Shown here in pieces: positions 1-12,285 of a stretch of 64,000 nt of DNA (the first letter of the stretch is position 1; each line of letters begins with the position of its first letter). The DNA is taken from the NCBI RefSeq assembly GCF_030684315.1, contig NC_081360.1, positions 4,116,098 through 4,180,097 of the forward strand. The letters are read 5' to 3'. The translations under genes and the position numbers were made by a program. The notes beneath the pieces are model-generated. The model was not told the origin of the DNA, did not search any database, and saw nothing but the letters and a program-made list of their open reading frames with translations. The stretch comes from Stegostoma tigrinum (lineage: Eukaryota).

Positions 1-539
1 AGGAAGAGAATGCAAGGAAATAAAAGATTTTCGGACGCTACTGTACTAAGTCAATTTTTGATGGTGAGAGGTGAGGAGATATGTAATTCAGAAGGAGTTT
101 AGGCAGAAAAGGTGGGAACATGTGGAATTCATGGTGTGAAGACAGTACATGGTGAGGTTGGAGAATGGTCAAATGTAATGAAGTGATGATATGACTAACA
201 GAGAAATTCTGTCTTCGGGAAATACAGTTTATTCTGTCATGATATAGTTAGATCACAGTGGGCAGTGATGCCTATTATGGTTGAAAAGCCAGTGGAAAAT
301 CATAAACGGAGATTTTACAGGAAATATATCCTGGGATTTGCTCTGATTGTGTGGTAAGAAGGTGCTGTGGGGAGAAATATCATAGAAAAGTCTTGAGTTC
401 TGTTATCAGCAAAACAGGTGATCTTCATTCAGAGATCTTTTACTATACAGATGGGAGATGCCTGAGACTGCTGTGAATCTGGTTTTCAGGTGGCGTCCAG
501 TTGCCCTCTCAACATGGCGCAGATTGCAGGACAGGTCAA

Positions 540-1845
540 TGACACTCTAACTTGCCCCGGTGAATATAACATTTTCATACCCTTCATGTTACAATAATTG
601 CATGCAACATTGATATCATTGTGAGCCACATCCCCTTAATCCACACATCTAATATAGTTAACAAACAATCATTGATGCACAACTGTATGGACAGCCTAGA
701 TCCTCCCATAATTGCATGATGTTTACCAAATATCTCTATCATCTTTCTTTGGGGTCTTATAATGCATCTGACAGTTATATTTCTTCCCAGGTATTTGACA
801 GCTGGGCTGCATTATTCACCACTAACATAAATACTTATTGATCACAAATAACTTTGAAATTTTGCACTCACATTGGTATGGCAGCTTATGGAGGATGTTA
901 ATTTCTACCAGTTGTTATAAAGTCTGATAAAGTTACTACAGTTCAGTGTCTCAGCTGTCAAATTGGGAGCAACCACCCTCTGACTTCAAATAAACAGTCC
1001 TTCAAATTTGCAGTTGCAATTACAACCCTTGCTGTTCTTACAGTGTAAATAAGTTTTAAACCAGAAATTAGTACTTGAATCTTTTACGATGTCGACTCTA
1101 AGTACTTCGCATTACTAATGTACTTTTTTGAATATAAAGCATCTATTCGAATTTCCCTGAGACAACTGAAATTCTACCACTTCACAGCATTCCCAAGTCA
1201 TTAACGAGACTTGTTTAAATTCTGCAAATAATGAGGGATATAACCACATCTTCACTCTGTATTTTTAAACTTGTCTCTGTCACTCTTCCGTTGGTTTTTG
1301 GATGTAAGAATCTGCTATTAAGCTGAAATTGTTTATTTCTCCATGTTTTCCAACCTCTTTTGCTCTCTTAGAGGTTGTTGCATTACATCATTTGGTGCTC
1401 CATCTTCCCCGTTACCTAGGGAGGCTCCTTTACTTGTCTACAATTTGTTGCTCAATAAAATTCCACTAAATCTCTGCAAGGGTGCATGTGAGTTGCATTT
1501 CACAATACTCTACTGGTATGTTTAATATGTTTTGACAATTACCAGAAGTCTAGATTACTGTGGAATCATACTTTTCCTTCCAACTTTTACTAAATTACAA
1601 ACTTGAACAGTGGTGCAATGCCTTTTTAAATTCCCCAATGTTTCTTCTCACCAAGATTCTTTCATGATTCCCACAGGGCCTTTCATTACCTTATTCAGTA
1701 ACTCTGTCTGAATACCACAGGTCTGGATGTAATTGTCTGCATATATGGAGCGCCAAACATTTTTTGGCCATCTTGTGTCAGCTAAAAAGCCCCAGGTGGC
1801 CATCCTGTGAATTTTCATTCTAGACCGCAAAGTCACAAAGCCATA
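540..1845 (-). other. Endogenous viral element: C-terminal (methyltransferase) region of a Mononegavirales-like L protein, degenerate
   Basis: Minus strand reads 'QRFSGILLSNKL*TSKGASLGNGEDG' (~1476-1399), with the same spacing as VSV L 'YKIRSIL...SCGDGSGG'. It is followed by 'VSLMTW(D)A' (~1210-1185, 1-nt indel), 'FWFKTYL' (1066-1046) and a Glu codon at 944-942, 113 nt after the KTY lysine. This fits the K-D-K-E tetrad plus GxGxG SAM-binding motif. Many stops and frameshifts. Confidence 0.65.
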
Positions 1846-2389
1846 GGTTGAATTAGGAGGAGAAATAAAGGAGTAAAGAGAAGGGAGTTGAAGTTCAATT
1901 ATTGGAAACAATGTTTGGTCAAAAGGTTGAGAAAAAAGTTATAAGGACAGGTGCAGGACAGAGTGAATATTTCCTTAGTTGTGAGAAGTTATGTGAATTA
2001 CAACAGAAACATGGAAAGATAAAGCAACTGTATCAACTGTGTACACGTAAGAAGAAGCTGAGTGTGTGCTGAAATGTTGGGATATCAAGAATGAATGATG
2101 AGTTAATGGAGACTAACATGTATTCAGGCAGTTGAAAAGATTGAATTATCGATGGGTGAGAGAAAGGATATTTTGTGGGTAGCACATGAGTTACCAGGAG
2201 GAGATCATATGGCAGTGACTAAAATTCAAGACAAGGTACAAGTTGGCACTGACACTGGATGACTGCTTGCGAGTTCCTACAGCAGATCTAACTCTAAAAT
2301 TTCTTAAAAACATTCTACACTTTTGAACTTAAATTCTAAATCTGTAAAAATTAATAATAATTTTCTTTTAAATCTTAGTATGGGTTGGA

Positions 2390-5300
2390 AGATACTGCGG
2401 TCATCCAGGCTCGAGTATTGGTAACGTTGGACTGGCAGACCTGGAACTAATGCTTCCCGCAGGACCCACAAGGTCAGCGACCTGACTCCTGACCCCTCAG
2501 TGACCCATGCACGTCCTGCAAAGGAATCGGCTCTGACAGACGCTTGACCCACCGGAATTCTGACCAGCCTGAGACTGGCAGCAGAGCGACCCAAGGACTG
2601 GCCAACCTATCTAGGCCTGATCCCCGGTCCTCTGTCTACTAGAGCTTGTATAGGCCTGTTCTGACCAGGCACGACTCACTTATCCACAGGAAAAGAAGAC
2701 ACACTCTACCAACATCTGAGGCTGCCCAGCATCAGAAACTCCACCATTGCAACCCATCCCCAAAGAGGTCAGGCCAGCCAAGGCCCAAAATCCAACTTTG
2801 TGGCATAAGGCCCAATGGAATGCCCAGCCTGACCGAACCCACTTCACCTGCTGGAGCAGCCGATTCACACCACCAACTACCTGCACTATCAGGATGCAGG
2901 AAACATACAAGGAAATGTGGAAAATGTGCTGGCCTGAATGTGAGGTTGAATCAATGCAGTTTCATGACTCCTCTCCACAGCATACTGCTGGCAAATGTCC
3001 AAAGTATTGAAAATGAAATAGATGAACTTAGACCTAGACTTACCCACACAAGGACACCAAATCACTATTGTGTGCTCTGCTTTACAGAAACTTGACTCAA
3101 CCCTGCCAGTTCCGACTGTGCCAAATACCCTGATAGGTTCACCATATACCACATAAACAGCATGGCGTTCTCATGCAAAGCAAAGGGTGGTGGGGTATGC
3201 TTCCTGATCAACACTTTCTGAAGCTTGATGTAGCAACCATGGAAAGCCACTGTTTCCTGCACCTGGAACATCTTTCAGTACAATGCCGCACCTACTACCC
3301 ACCTCAAGAGTTCTCCTCCACCATCCTGACAGCAGTCTACATACCACACCATACTGATGTGAAGAATGCCCGAGACATGGCTGACACCAACACAAACACA
3401 CTAGAGACAAAATTGACTCAGCCCTTATTCATTGTGGCTGGCAACCTCAACCAAGCAAACCTCAAGCAGGTAAAGCCAAAATGCCGCCAATACATTTGCT
3501 TCCCCACTAGAGGAATGAACATTCTGGACTACTGCTACACAACCATCAAAGACACTTACCACTCAATATCCCACCCACACTTCAGAAAATCAGATAATAG
3601 CGCGGTGTTCCTCCTCCAAGCTTACAAGAAAAAGCTGAAACAGCAGAATTCTCTATGAAAAGAAGTACAGTGTTGCTCCGAAGCAGCAGAAGACCATCTC
3701 TGGGACTGCTTGTACCTGGTGGACTGGACTATGTTCAGGTGTTCAGTGGAAAACCTAATGGAGTATGTCACCATTGGCACGGACTTCATTAGCAAATGTG
3801 GAGGACTGTGTACCAAAGAAGTCAATCTGAGCATTCCCCAACCATAAACGTTGGATGTAACAGGAAATCCACCTTCAACTAAAGACCAGACATGCAGCAT
3901 TCAAATCAGGTGACCCAGACCATTGCAGGAAATCTAGATATGACTTATGCAAAGCCATCATGGAGGTCAAGAGGCAGTACCGGGCCAATTAGAGGCCCAG
4001 ACATAACAAATCGTCTATGGCAAGGTGTAAATGGTATTGCCGGATATAAAATATGACAGTGTAAGATAGTGGACAAAGACACATCCCTCTCTGACACACT
4101 CAATTCTTTCTATGTTCAGTTTGAGCAGAATACCACTGGTGCAGCGATGCCTCCCCTTTGGTCTCCTTGGGTGTCAACCCAAGGAAGGCAACAGGCCTGG
4201 ATGGTGTACGTGGCTGAGCACTCATATCCTGTGTGGACCAACTGGCGGAGGTATTCACTGATATCTTCGACCTCTCCCGCTTACAAATGAAAGCTCCCAC
4301 CTGCTTCAAGAAGACTCCCATTACTATGAAAATACATATATTGTGATAAAACAAAGGCCTGTGTCAGACTCCTGCTCATTGACTTCAGCTCCGCTTTCAA
4401 CGCCATTATCCCCTCCATTCCAATTTCAAAACAGCATGACCTTGGACTTGGCTCAGCCCTCTGCAACTGGACTCTCAGCTTTATGATCCATAGGCTGCAA
4501 TCAGTAAGGTTATGTAGCTGCGCCTCCTGCACAATAACACTCAACACTGGACACCCCTTCCATCCTGGAGGATGCGTGCTCAGCCCCACTATACTCTTTG
4601 TGCACAAAAGACTGTGTTGCCAAATTTTGAATTGCATCTGCAAGTTCGCTGATGACACAACTGTAGTGCGACTGATATCTTACAGTAATGAGTCAAACTA
4701 CAGAAGGGAGATCGAGGGCTTGGTGGCGTGACGCAATGAAAACAATCTGTCTCTCAACATTGGCAAAAATTACAGAACTGATCATTGACTTTTGAAAGAC
4801 AGGGGGAGAACCTGCCCCCATATGCATCAACTGAGCTAAGATTGAGAGAGTGAACAGCATTAAGTATCTTGAAGTGACGATAACCACCAACCTGTCCTGG
4901 CCTTCACACGTAAATGCGACAGTCAAGGGGGCACACGACACCTCTTTGTTCTCAGGCAAGTCAGGGAATTTGGCATATCTATAAGGTCCCTCACCAATGT
5001 CTATAGATGTCCTATTGAAAACATACTGTCCGGGTGCACCAATGTCTATAGCTGTCCTATTGAAAACATACTATCCGGGTGCATAATGACCTGTTATGGT
5101 AACTGCTCTGCCCAGAACAGTAAAAAAAAACTGCAGAAATTGGTGTACCATCACGGAAGCCAACTTTCCTTATATGGACTCTATTTGCATGGCTCACTGC
5201 TGCAGAAAGGGAGTCAACATCATGAAAGACCTATCACACCCTGGTAATGACTTCCTACAACCTCTTCCATCAGTCAGAAGTCTGAACACATGCACGAGCA

Positions 5301-5500
5301 GTTTCAAAAGTGCCTTTTTTCCAGCCGTTATCAGGCTGTTGAATGGTCTCTAGCCTCAAATAATGTCACTTGCAATTTAACCTGTATGCCTCTAAGTATG
5401 TTTGATCTGTACACCTTTTGCTTGCTGTGGTCTGCTTTTACCTCTCAGAAACAAAGCTTTTCGCTGCATTTTGGTACACGTGACAATCAATCAAGTAATT
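2390..5500 (+). mobile_element. Rex1/Babar-type LINE, degenerate, internally deleted
   Basis: ORF pieces 'PLHSILLANVQSIENEIDEL...CVLCFTET', 'LTAVYIP', 'PTRGMNILDYCY', 'CKFADDTTVV' (RT) and 'SFKSAFFPAVIRLLNG' (typical 3' end). RT segment missing near 4330-4350. Confidence 0.9.
4992..5083 (+). repeat. 45-bp tandem duplication inside the Rex1 element
   Basis: caccaatgtctatag(a/c)tgtcctattgaaaacatact(g/a)tccgggtg occurs twice, 2 mismatches. Confidence 0.9.
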
Positions 5501-5984
5501 GAAATGTGACTAGGCACAGGGCACATGACTATCCCTCACCCCAAACATTGGACAATGTTGGCAGGACTGACTGCACAGACAGAGTGCCAGCCAATTTCAG
5601 TGCAGTTAATCCTGAGCATTATTAAACAAAGTTTTAGTTGGAGCAGAGTTTGTGCTTCAGGCCTTGCGAGGACATGTGAGCTGGTCTCAGGACTAAGATC
5701 GGGGAAAGAGTATGGCAGCAGATGTAAAATGAGCAATCAAAACCCGTGACAAAGTAAATCAAGGAGGCAATGGTAGCAATAATCAGTCATGGGAAGGAAA
5801 ATAAATAAATAGAAAAGGAGTAAGTTTATTTAACAGCAACTCAAGTCATTGAGTGTTTGTCAAGTTGAGTCTTTGGAGGTTTGAGATTGACCATTGAATA
5901 AAGACAACAAATTAAAAGCTATAGAGTTGACACTGAGCAATGGATTGGACACAAAGGGTTGAAGTGAGGATACCATTACTCTCT

Positions 5985-6545
5985 GTTTCGAGCAATATGT
6001 GCTGGGGCATTTTCTGTACTGTCAAGTATTGCATTTCCTGGAAGTGAATATCATTTATAAATCAAAAATTTGTACCAAACACTAGTAGTATGGTTGCTTC
6101 ACAGGCTGGCTTGCTGAAGAAGTGAACAAAGTTTCACTGGATGGAAAAGTGTCAGGAGATATTTGACAGCCTGAAAGCTGTCCTCAGATCATAGCAACAC
6201 CGAACCAGCAAAGCCATTCAAGGTGACTATTGATGTGAGCAATATAGATGTGTTGTTCATGTATTCTAGCAAGAAATCAAGATGATAAAAAGACCTATTA
6301 TGTATTTCTCCCAAAAGTTGGTTATTCGTCAAAAGAAATAATCCATTTCTATACCATTGAGAAGGAGACCTTGAGTTTGTTATGAGCTTGCAACATTTCC
6401 ACTAGTATGTTGCCTGTAATGTATCTGAGATAATTGTATATATGGATCACAACTCCTTAATGCTTTAGGAAAAAAAAACAATAAAATACCAAACTGTTTA
6501 GATGGAGTTTTTTTCAATTTGAAAATTAGACACATGGCAGAAAAT
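5985..6545 (+). mobile_element. Gypsy LTR retrotransposon RT-end/RNase H remnant
   Basis: Degenerate 'FHWMEKCQEIFDSLKAVL', 'KPFKVTIDVS', 'RPIMYFSQKL', 'IEKETLSLL', 'IVYMDHNSL', 'LFRWS'. It is followed by a polypurine tract and an LTR. Confidence 0.8.
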
Positions 6546-6707
6546 ATATGACAAATTCACTGGCAGAAGAAATGGACTGCAGCATTAAATTTAAGCATGC
6601 AATTATTCAATGCATATGTATATAATGTAGCGTGCTAATAACGTGAAAGTAAAGTCTTTGAACATCAAGCTATCTTTGTACATTGATGTCTTTTTCAGCA
6701 GGGGAGG

Positions 6708-7417
6708 TGTGACGATATGTTCCTTTCAGAATGATTTGTTCTGTCTTGAAGAGGGGTTTTGTAAATCTGGTATCAAGATGTCTGCACCACTGAAAGTAAA
6801 GAGTCTTGGTATTAAAAAAAATGAAGCACAAGTGGGCAAATTCAGGATCATACAGAGGTTTTAATTTTACCTTCAGTTGCTGAAATTGGCAGTTTTGGAC
6901 TTGAAGCTGAAAAATACAGTTCCCTTTGCTGCAGCTAAATGTTTGAGTTATTTCTCTGCTGCTGCGAGAAGACAACAAGTGAGATGGAAAACGTGTTGCT
7001 TAATTGTCATTCCAAGCGTGTGTTTAAGGGATACCATTGTTTTGGAACAGTGGATAAATTGTAGTTAAATAATGTCTTCTTTTATTAAGTGTTCAGGGGT
7101 GTGTGGGTAATAGGGGGATGGTTCTGGGTGGGATGCTTCAAAAGTGGTGTGGACTTGTTGGGCCAAAGGACCTGTTTCCACACTGTAGGTAATCTAATCA
7201 ATATCATTGGGATTATGCCAATTTTTCTTTATTTTTGCTTGTTTGTATTTTAACTGTTGTGTAAGAATAAAGTGTGTTTTGCTTAAAGCCGTGTAGTGTG
7301 ACCAATCAAATCATTTCTGGAACACAGCGCCTTATATTTCCAAATAAATAAGATAGAAGTTAGGGCCTAGGCAACGTGTTTAATATGTATGGAGAGGGTT
7401 TTGTCTGGTTGATAGCA
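6708..7417 (+). mobile_element. 3' LTR of the Gypsy element
   Basis: Purine tract agcaggggagg immediately before TGTGA, AATAAA at ~7266, end ...gtctggttgatagCA. The end resembles that of the LTR at 48571-49081. Confidence 0.65.
7089..7200 (+). mobile_element. HE1 SINE 3' fragment inserted in the LTR
   Basis: Matches the 3' part of the other HE1 copies, with a taatct tail. Confidence 0.85.
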
Positions 7418-7489
7418 CCATTTTCTGTCTGATCATCTTTCATAACGTTGTGTTCTCTTTGTAAACTGAAGCTGTTTTGATTTTCTTTT

Positions 7490-8300
7490 GATGGGGTTTC
7501 AGATGATTCAAGATGATTAGGATTGGGACCCAGAAGATCCGAGAGGCGAAGTCTGGTGTCCCAGAGGATTAGCCTGGGATCACAGATGATTTGTGACCAA
7601 TATGCCTGTGGTCACAGAGCATCGAGTGGATTAGGCTGGCACGTCAGAGGATTCAAGAGGATTCAAGGATTATGATTAGTCTGAAATCCCCCCAAAAAAT
7701 GAGAAGGTTAAGCCAGTGACACAACAATTTGGGATGATTAAACTGGGGTTACAGAGGAAGTGATAAACCAGGAGCTCAGAGGATTCAAAAGAATTAGCTT
7801 GGGTTCACAAAGGATTTATAACAAATCACCTGTGGTCACAAAGGATTTGAGAGGATTAGTTTGGGATCCAAAAGGATTTAAAGGGACTAGTCTATGTTCT
7901 CAGATTATTCTCCCAGATTAGCCTGTGGTCCCAGGGGAGTTGAATAGATTGACCTGCAGTGCCAGAGTATTTGATTGAAATAGCTGCAGCAGCAAAGGAT
8001 TTCAGAGGATTTGGTAGTGCCTCAGAGGATTCACAATGATTAACTTTGTGTCCCAGTGGATTCAAGAGGATTGGTATCCAGAAAATTTAATGAAATAACT
8101 CTGTTCCCAAATCGTTTGAGAGGATTTTCATGATGTTTCAGACTTTTCAAGAGGATTAAAATAGGATCTCAGAGGTTTGAGTGGTGGTTAAGAATGAGGT
8201 CCCAAGGGATTCAAATGGATGGTTAGGATTCGCATATGATTTGTGAGAATTCCTCTGTAGCCCAGCAGATTCAAAAAGTTTATGTTGGGGTTCCGGAGGA
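7490..8300 (+). repeat. Degenerate minisatellite, ~30-bp unit (cagaggatt.gagaggattagcctggggtcc-like)
   Basis: Recurrent agaggatt / gattagcc / gtccca motifs at roughly 30-bp periodicity. Confidence 0.75.
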
Positions 8301-8887
8301 TCTAATTAGGTCCATTCCAAGACAGATCAGCCAGAGACATGGCCAGTAGGGTTACCTTACTTTCCCTGTGTCTATTTGCCCTCCAATGGATTCAATTTAC
8401 AAACATGTGATGCCTGATCACCCCCTGTGATGTTCAGGGTGAGGGCCGCACTAGTTCTAAGAGGTCACACTTTCAAGTGTGCAGTTCAAGGGACCTCACC
8501 ACGTTCAGTTCGGGAGTTGCAAAAGCCCTCATTTTTCTGAAGTTAGAATAAATTGACATTTAAGAATTGACAAAGCACTTCCAGACATAGATAGTCAGGT
8601 GCACAGTGATGGGCAATGATGAGATATCACGCATATTTGAGCCCACTTTTGGTAATATTACAAAACATTTGTCACTACTCTCCATTTGCTTACAATCACC
8701 AATGGCTGGAGCAGACTCCTCAGTCAGGGAGCTTGAAATTATGATCAGGAGCCACACTTTCCAATACCTGTCACCTTCTCCAGCATCTACACTGCTCCAC
8801 GTCTTTGATTTGTCCTCCAGCCCTTCACTCTTCAATATCTCTGTAAACTTCTCCACCTCCAAACACCACCGTTGTCTCTGTTTGCTG

Positions 8888-9450
8888 AAGTAGTGTTCTT
8901 GGGGCAGTATTTGGATGGTATTTTGTACACTACATTGGCCATGCATATTGGTTGTATGGGGTCTTTGTTCCTTGAAAGTGTTTGTCATTGCGTAGCTGTC
9001 GGTTTGTGTGATATCCTTTACATTACATCAGCCAGACTGGAAGGGAAAAAAAACCCATCAGGATACATGAACACCAGATAGCAGCAAAAAGACGGTGCAA
9101 ACTTTCTCATATTTCAGTACACTCAGAAAATAAAGGCCATCAATTTAACTGAGATGATGTGACCATTCGAGCCCAAGCCAAACATAGACATGCACAGGAA
9201 TTACAAGATGCCTGGTTCTCTCCCTGTAATACAATTAATAAACATGTGGAGTTAGATCCCATGCAGAAACTCTTGCAGAAAACAACCAGAAATGTCACAA
9301 AACACCTCAATCGACTGGATTGCATAAGTATGAAACAGAGTAGAACTACATCACTTCATCAGACGTAGCACTAATGATGTTAGCAAGCATGGTGATGAAA
9401 CATCTGACGTATAACCAGCCAGCTCAGCAAGCAAATCAAAACCTCATGAG
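8888..9450 (+). mobile_element. Penelope-like element fragment (GIY-YIG and 3' end) with an inverted 5' segment
   Basis: Minus 9020-8888: 'KDPIQPICMANVVYKIPSKYCPK'. Plus from ~9021: 'HYISQTG...IRIHEHQIAAKR', then 'QAKHRHAQELQDAWFS..INKHVELDP', then a terminal with a degenerate ctaatga...gaaacatc core. Confidence 0.8.
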
Positions 9451-9464
9451 AAAAGAACTGAATT

Positions 9465-11230
9465 CCAGGGTGAAGTGACAGGCTTTGACATCAACACTGC
9501 ATTCGATTGAATGTGGCAACAAGGATCGCTTGTAAAAGTGGAATCAACAGGTATCAGGGACAAATTCTTCCTTAGTTGGAATAATACCTGAATGAATGAA
9601 TGAATTTTTATAGTCAAGGTACAATGAAAAGTGTTTTGTCATTACAGTCAGTCTGCATTTTGTGCAACAGAAGTAATAAAAATATTTTGCTCAAATAATA
9701 GATCATCTTCCTTCAAATTGGGTCTCAAGATTAAGGACTTTTGGAAGGTTTTCCATTCTTTAAGGCATCTTGCTCTGGGGACAGCAATAGCAATGCCAAT
9801 TTACTGGGATGTCCTGGCTGTGCTTCTATCAGAGACTGCCAAGAGTCCATGCCCTGGGCAACCACCACCAGGAGCAGGATAGTAATGGTTGTTAGAGGTC
9901 AGTCATCTCAATAACAGGATCCCTCTGGAGCAGTACGGTGGCTCAGTGTTCAGCATTGCTGCCTCACAGCGCCAGGGACCCGGGTTTGATTTGACCCTCA
10001 GGCAACTAACTGCGTGGAGTTTGCACATTCTCCCCATGGCTGTGTGGGTTTTCTCCGGGTGCATCGCTTTCCACCCACAGTCCAAAAATGTGCAGGCCAG
10101 GTGTATTGATCATACTAAATTGCTAATAATGTTCAGAGATGTATGGATGAGGTCGATGGGTCTGGGTGGGATGCTGTGAGTGTCAGTGTAGACCTTTTGG
10201 GCTGAAGGGCCTGTTTCCACTCTCAGGAAATCTATGATAAACTTCCTTGGGATATTGTCCCAGGCCCAACCATCTCTGGTTGCTTGACCAATAACCTTCC
10301 TAAAATTATTATGCCATAAGTCGAGCTTTTCATTAAAGATTGCCCAACGTTCAGCAACATTGATGACTCCTCAGATAGTGAAGCAGTCCATGTTCAAATG
10401 CAAAAACAAAACAAAAAAATCTGGACAATATCTTGGCTTGGACTAGCAAGTGTTAGCAACATGTGCGACACAGAAATGCCAGGCTATGTTCATGACCAAT
10501 AGGAGACACTCTAACCACCATCACTTGATGTGCAATGGTGTTACCATCACTGAATCCCCAACTGCCAACATTGTAGTCGTTATAATTGACCAGAAGCTCA
10601 ACTAGACTTACCATCTAAGCATAGTTGCAACAACAGCAGGTCAGAAACTAGGAATACTGCAGCGAGTAAATCACCTCCTGACTCCCGAAAGCCTGTCCAC
10701 CATCTACAAGTCAGGATTCTGATACAGGAATCCCCATTTGCCTGGATGGCTGCAGTTTGGCAACATACAAGAAGCTCGACTCCATCCAAGCCAAAGTAAC
10801 CCGTTTGACTGATACTGCATCCATATACATCTACTCTCTCAACAACTGTCGCTCAGGAGCAGCATTGTGTACTATCTAAAAGGTGCACTTAAGAAACTCA
10901 CCAAAGATCTTTAGGCAGCTTTTTCCAAATCCGCAACAATTTCTGTGTAGAAAGACAAGGACAGCAGATACGTGGGAACACCAACACCTACAAGTAGTCC
11001 TCAAGCTATTCATCGTTCTGACTTGGAAATATTTTGCAGTTTCTTCACTGTTGCTGTGCCAAAAATCATTGAATTCCCTTGTCAAGTGCGTTATGTGTCA
11101 ATCTACAGAATGTGAATTGTAGTGGTTCAAGAAACCAGTTTACCACTGTCTAATTAATTACAACTTGGGACAGGTCATAAATGCTGGCCAGCCAGTGACA
11201 CTAATATCCCACGAGTGAATGAAAAAGAAA
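9465..11230 (+). mobile_element. Old CR1-group LINE 3' portion (RT to 3' UTR), interrupted
   Basis: Degenerate 'DINTAFD*MWQQG', a 'GPTI..CL.NNLP' RT motif, and a 3' tail aaatgctggccagccagtgacac...gtgaatgaaaa. Confidence 0.75.
9929..10235 (+). mobile_element. HE1 SINE
   Basis: tRNA-like head ggtggctcagtg...gggtttgat and V-domain gtggagtttgcacattctcccc. Confidence 0.9.
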
Positions 11231-12285
11231 GAGTCAACAAGTAACATGTGTCTGTACGAAAGGTGTGGTGAAAACATTGGTGGATTTTGGTTGCAAGAGA
11301 GATAGATAAAGAGAGAGTGCTGATTGTAATGAAGTCGGCAGGTCCAACCTCATAGAATATGAGTTCCCTGATTGGAACTCTTAATCCGATTCAATCAGGG
11401 ACCCTTTGCTGACAGGTATAAACATTTGCATCAGAACTTCTGTTTACTCCAGGTGCAGGCTCTGAGGTGGGAGAAAGGGTGTCAAGGTCCCTCTGCGTAG
11501 ACAAGAGAAGAAAGAAAAGCAGAGAAAATTAAGAAATAAGAGATAAGTGAGAGACAGTCAAAATGAGAGGCTAACAGAAAAAGACAGAGGCAGAGACAGA
11601 GAGATAAATTAAAACAAAGAACTGCGGGTGATGGAAATAAGAAAAGAACTCAAATTTCCACAGAGCATGATCAAGGCCAGCAGCATTTATGATGAGTAAA
11701 CAAAGTTAATGTTTCAGGTCTGGTGACCCTTCTTTCAAACAGGGTGGACAGAGAATTTGTAGGAGAGTGATATAGCGATAGTCTGGATGGGGCATGGGGA
11801 TGGCGTGCAATAGACAGAAAAACGGAGACAAAGAGGGAGACAGAGTGGCAAAGAGACCGTGAGGTAAATGGAACAGTCAGACACAAATACTACCTTGAGG
11901 CAAAGAAATGCATTGAGTGACAAAAGGGGCTTTACTCGACAGTTAATTTGGTCCCAGCTCAAGGAATGGCCCCTCACATTCCCCATCACCCATTAGGGCC
12001 GGTCCCTGCTCCAGGGGTTTGAGGATAGCTGGTTTAGGATTTTTTCAAGCATCAAAAGATGAAGTGATATTGAAACATTACTCACAATCTCTCTCACACA
12101 CAGGGACAGAGAGAGTGATACACACTCCTGGTAAGTCCTAATGAAAAGACAGTTAATGGTTGCCACAGTGAGGTCTAATAGTAGGACAAATGCCTGACGC
12201 AAGATGCTAGCAGCGAGATCATTTCTGTTCAAACTGGCCAGTGATGTTATCAAACAATGCTCCAGCAGGTGGAATTTGAACTTGG

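Noticed and set aside
1-480. Possible Gypsy gag/protease remnant
   Set aside because: Composition is suggestive, but I could not recover a convincing motif.
561-578. 17-nt match (atgaaaatgttatattc) between this minus-strand site and ~22731
   Set aside because: The flanks are not similar. Probably chance in AT-rich DNA.
7490-8300. CRISPR-like array
   Set aside because: Eukaryotic context, no constant repeat with unique spacers, and no cas genes. It is a decayed minisatellite.
8560-8988. 142-aa minus-strand ORF as a further viral piece
   Set aside because: Its 5' part is an off-frame PLE, the rest looks like an old LINE remnant, and it has no L motifs.
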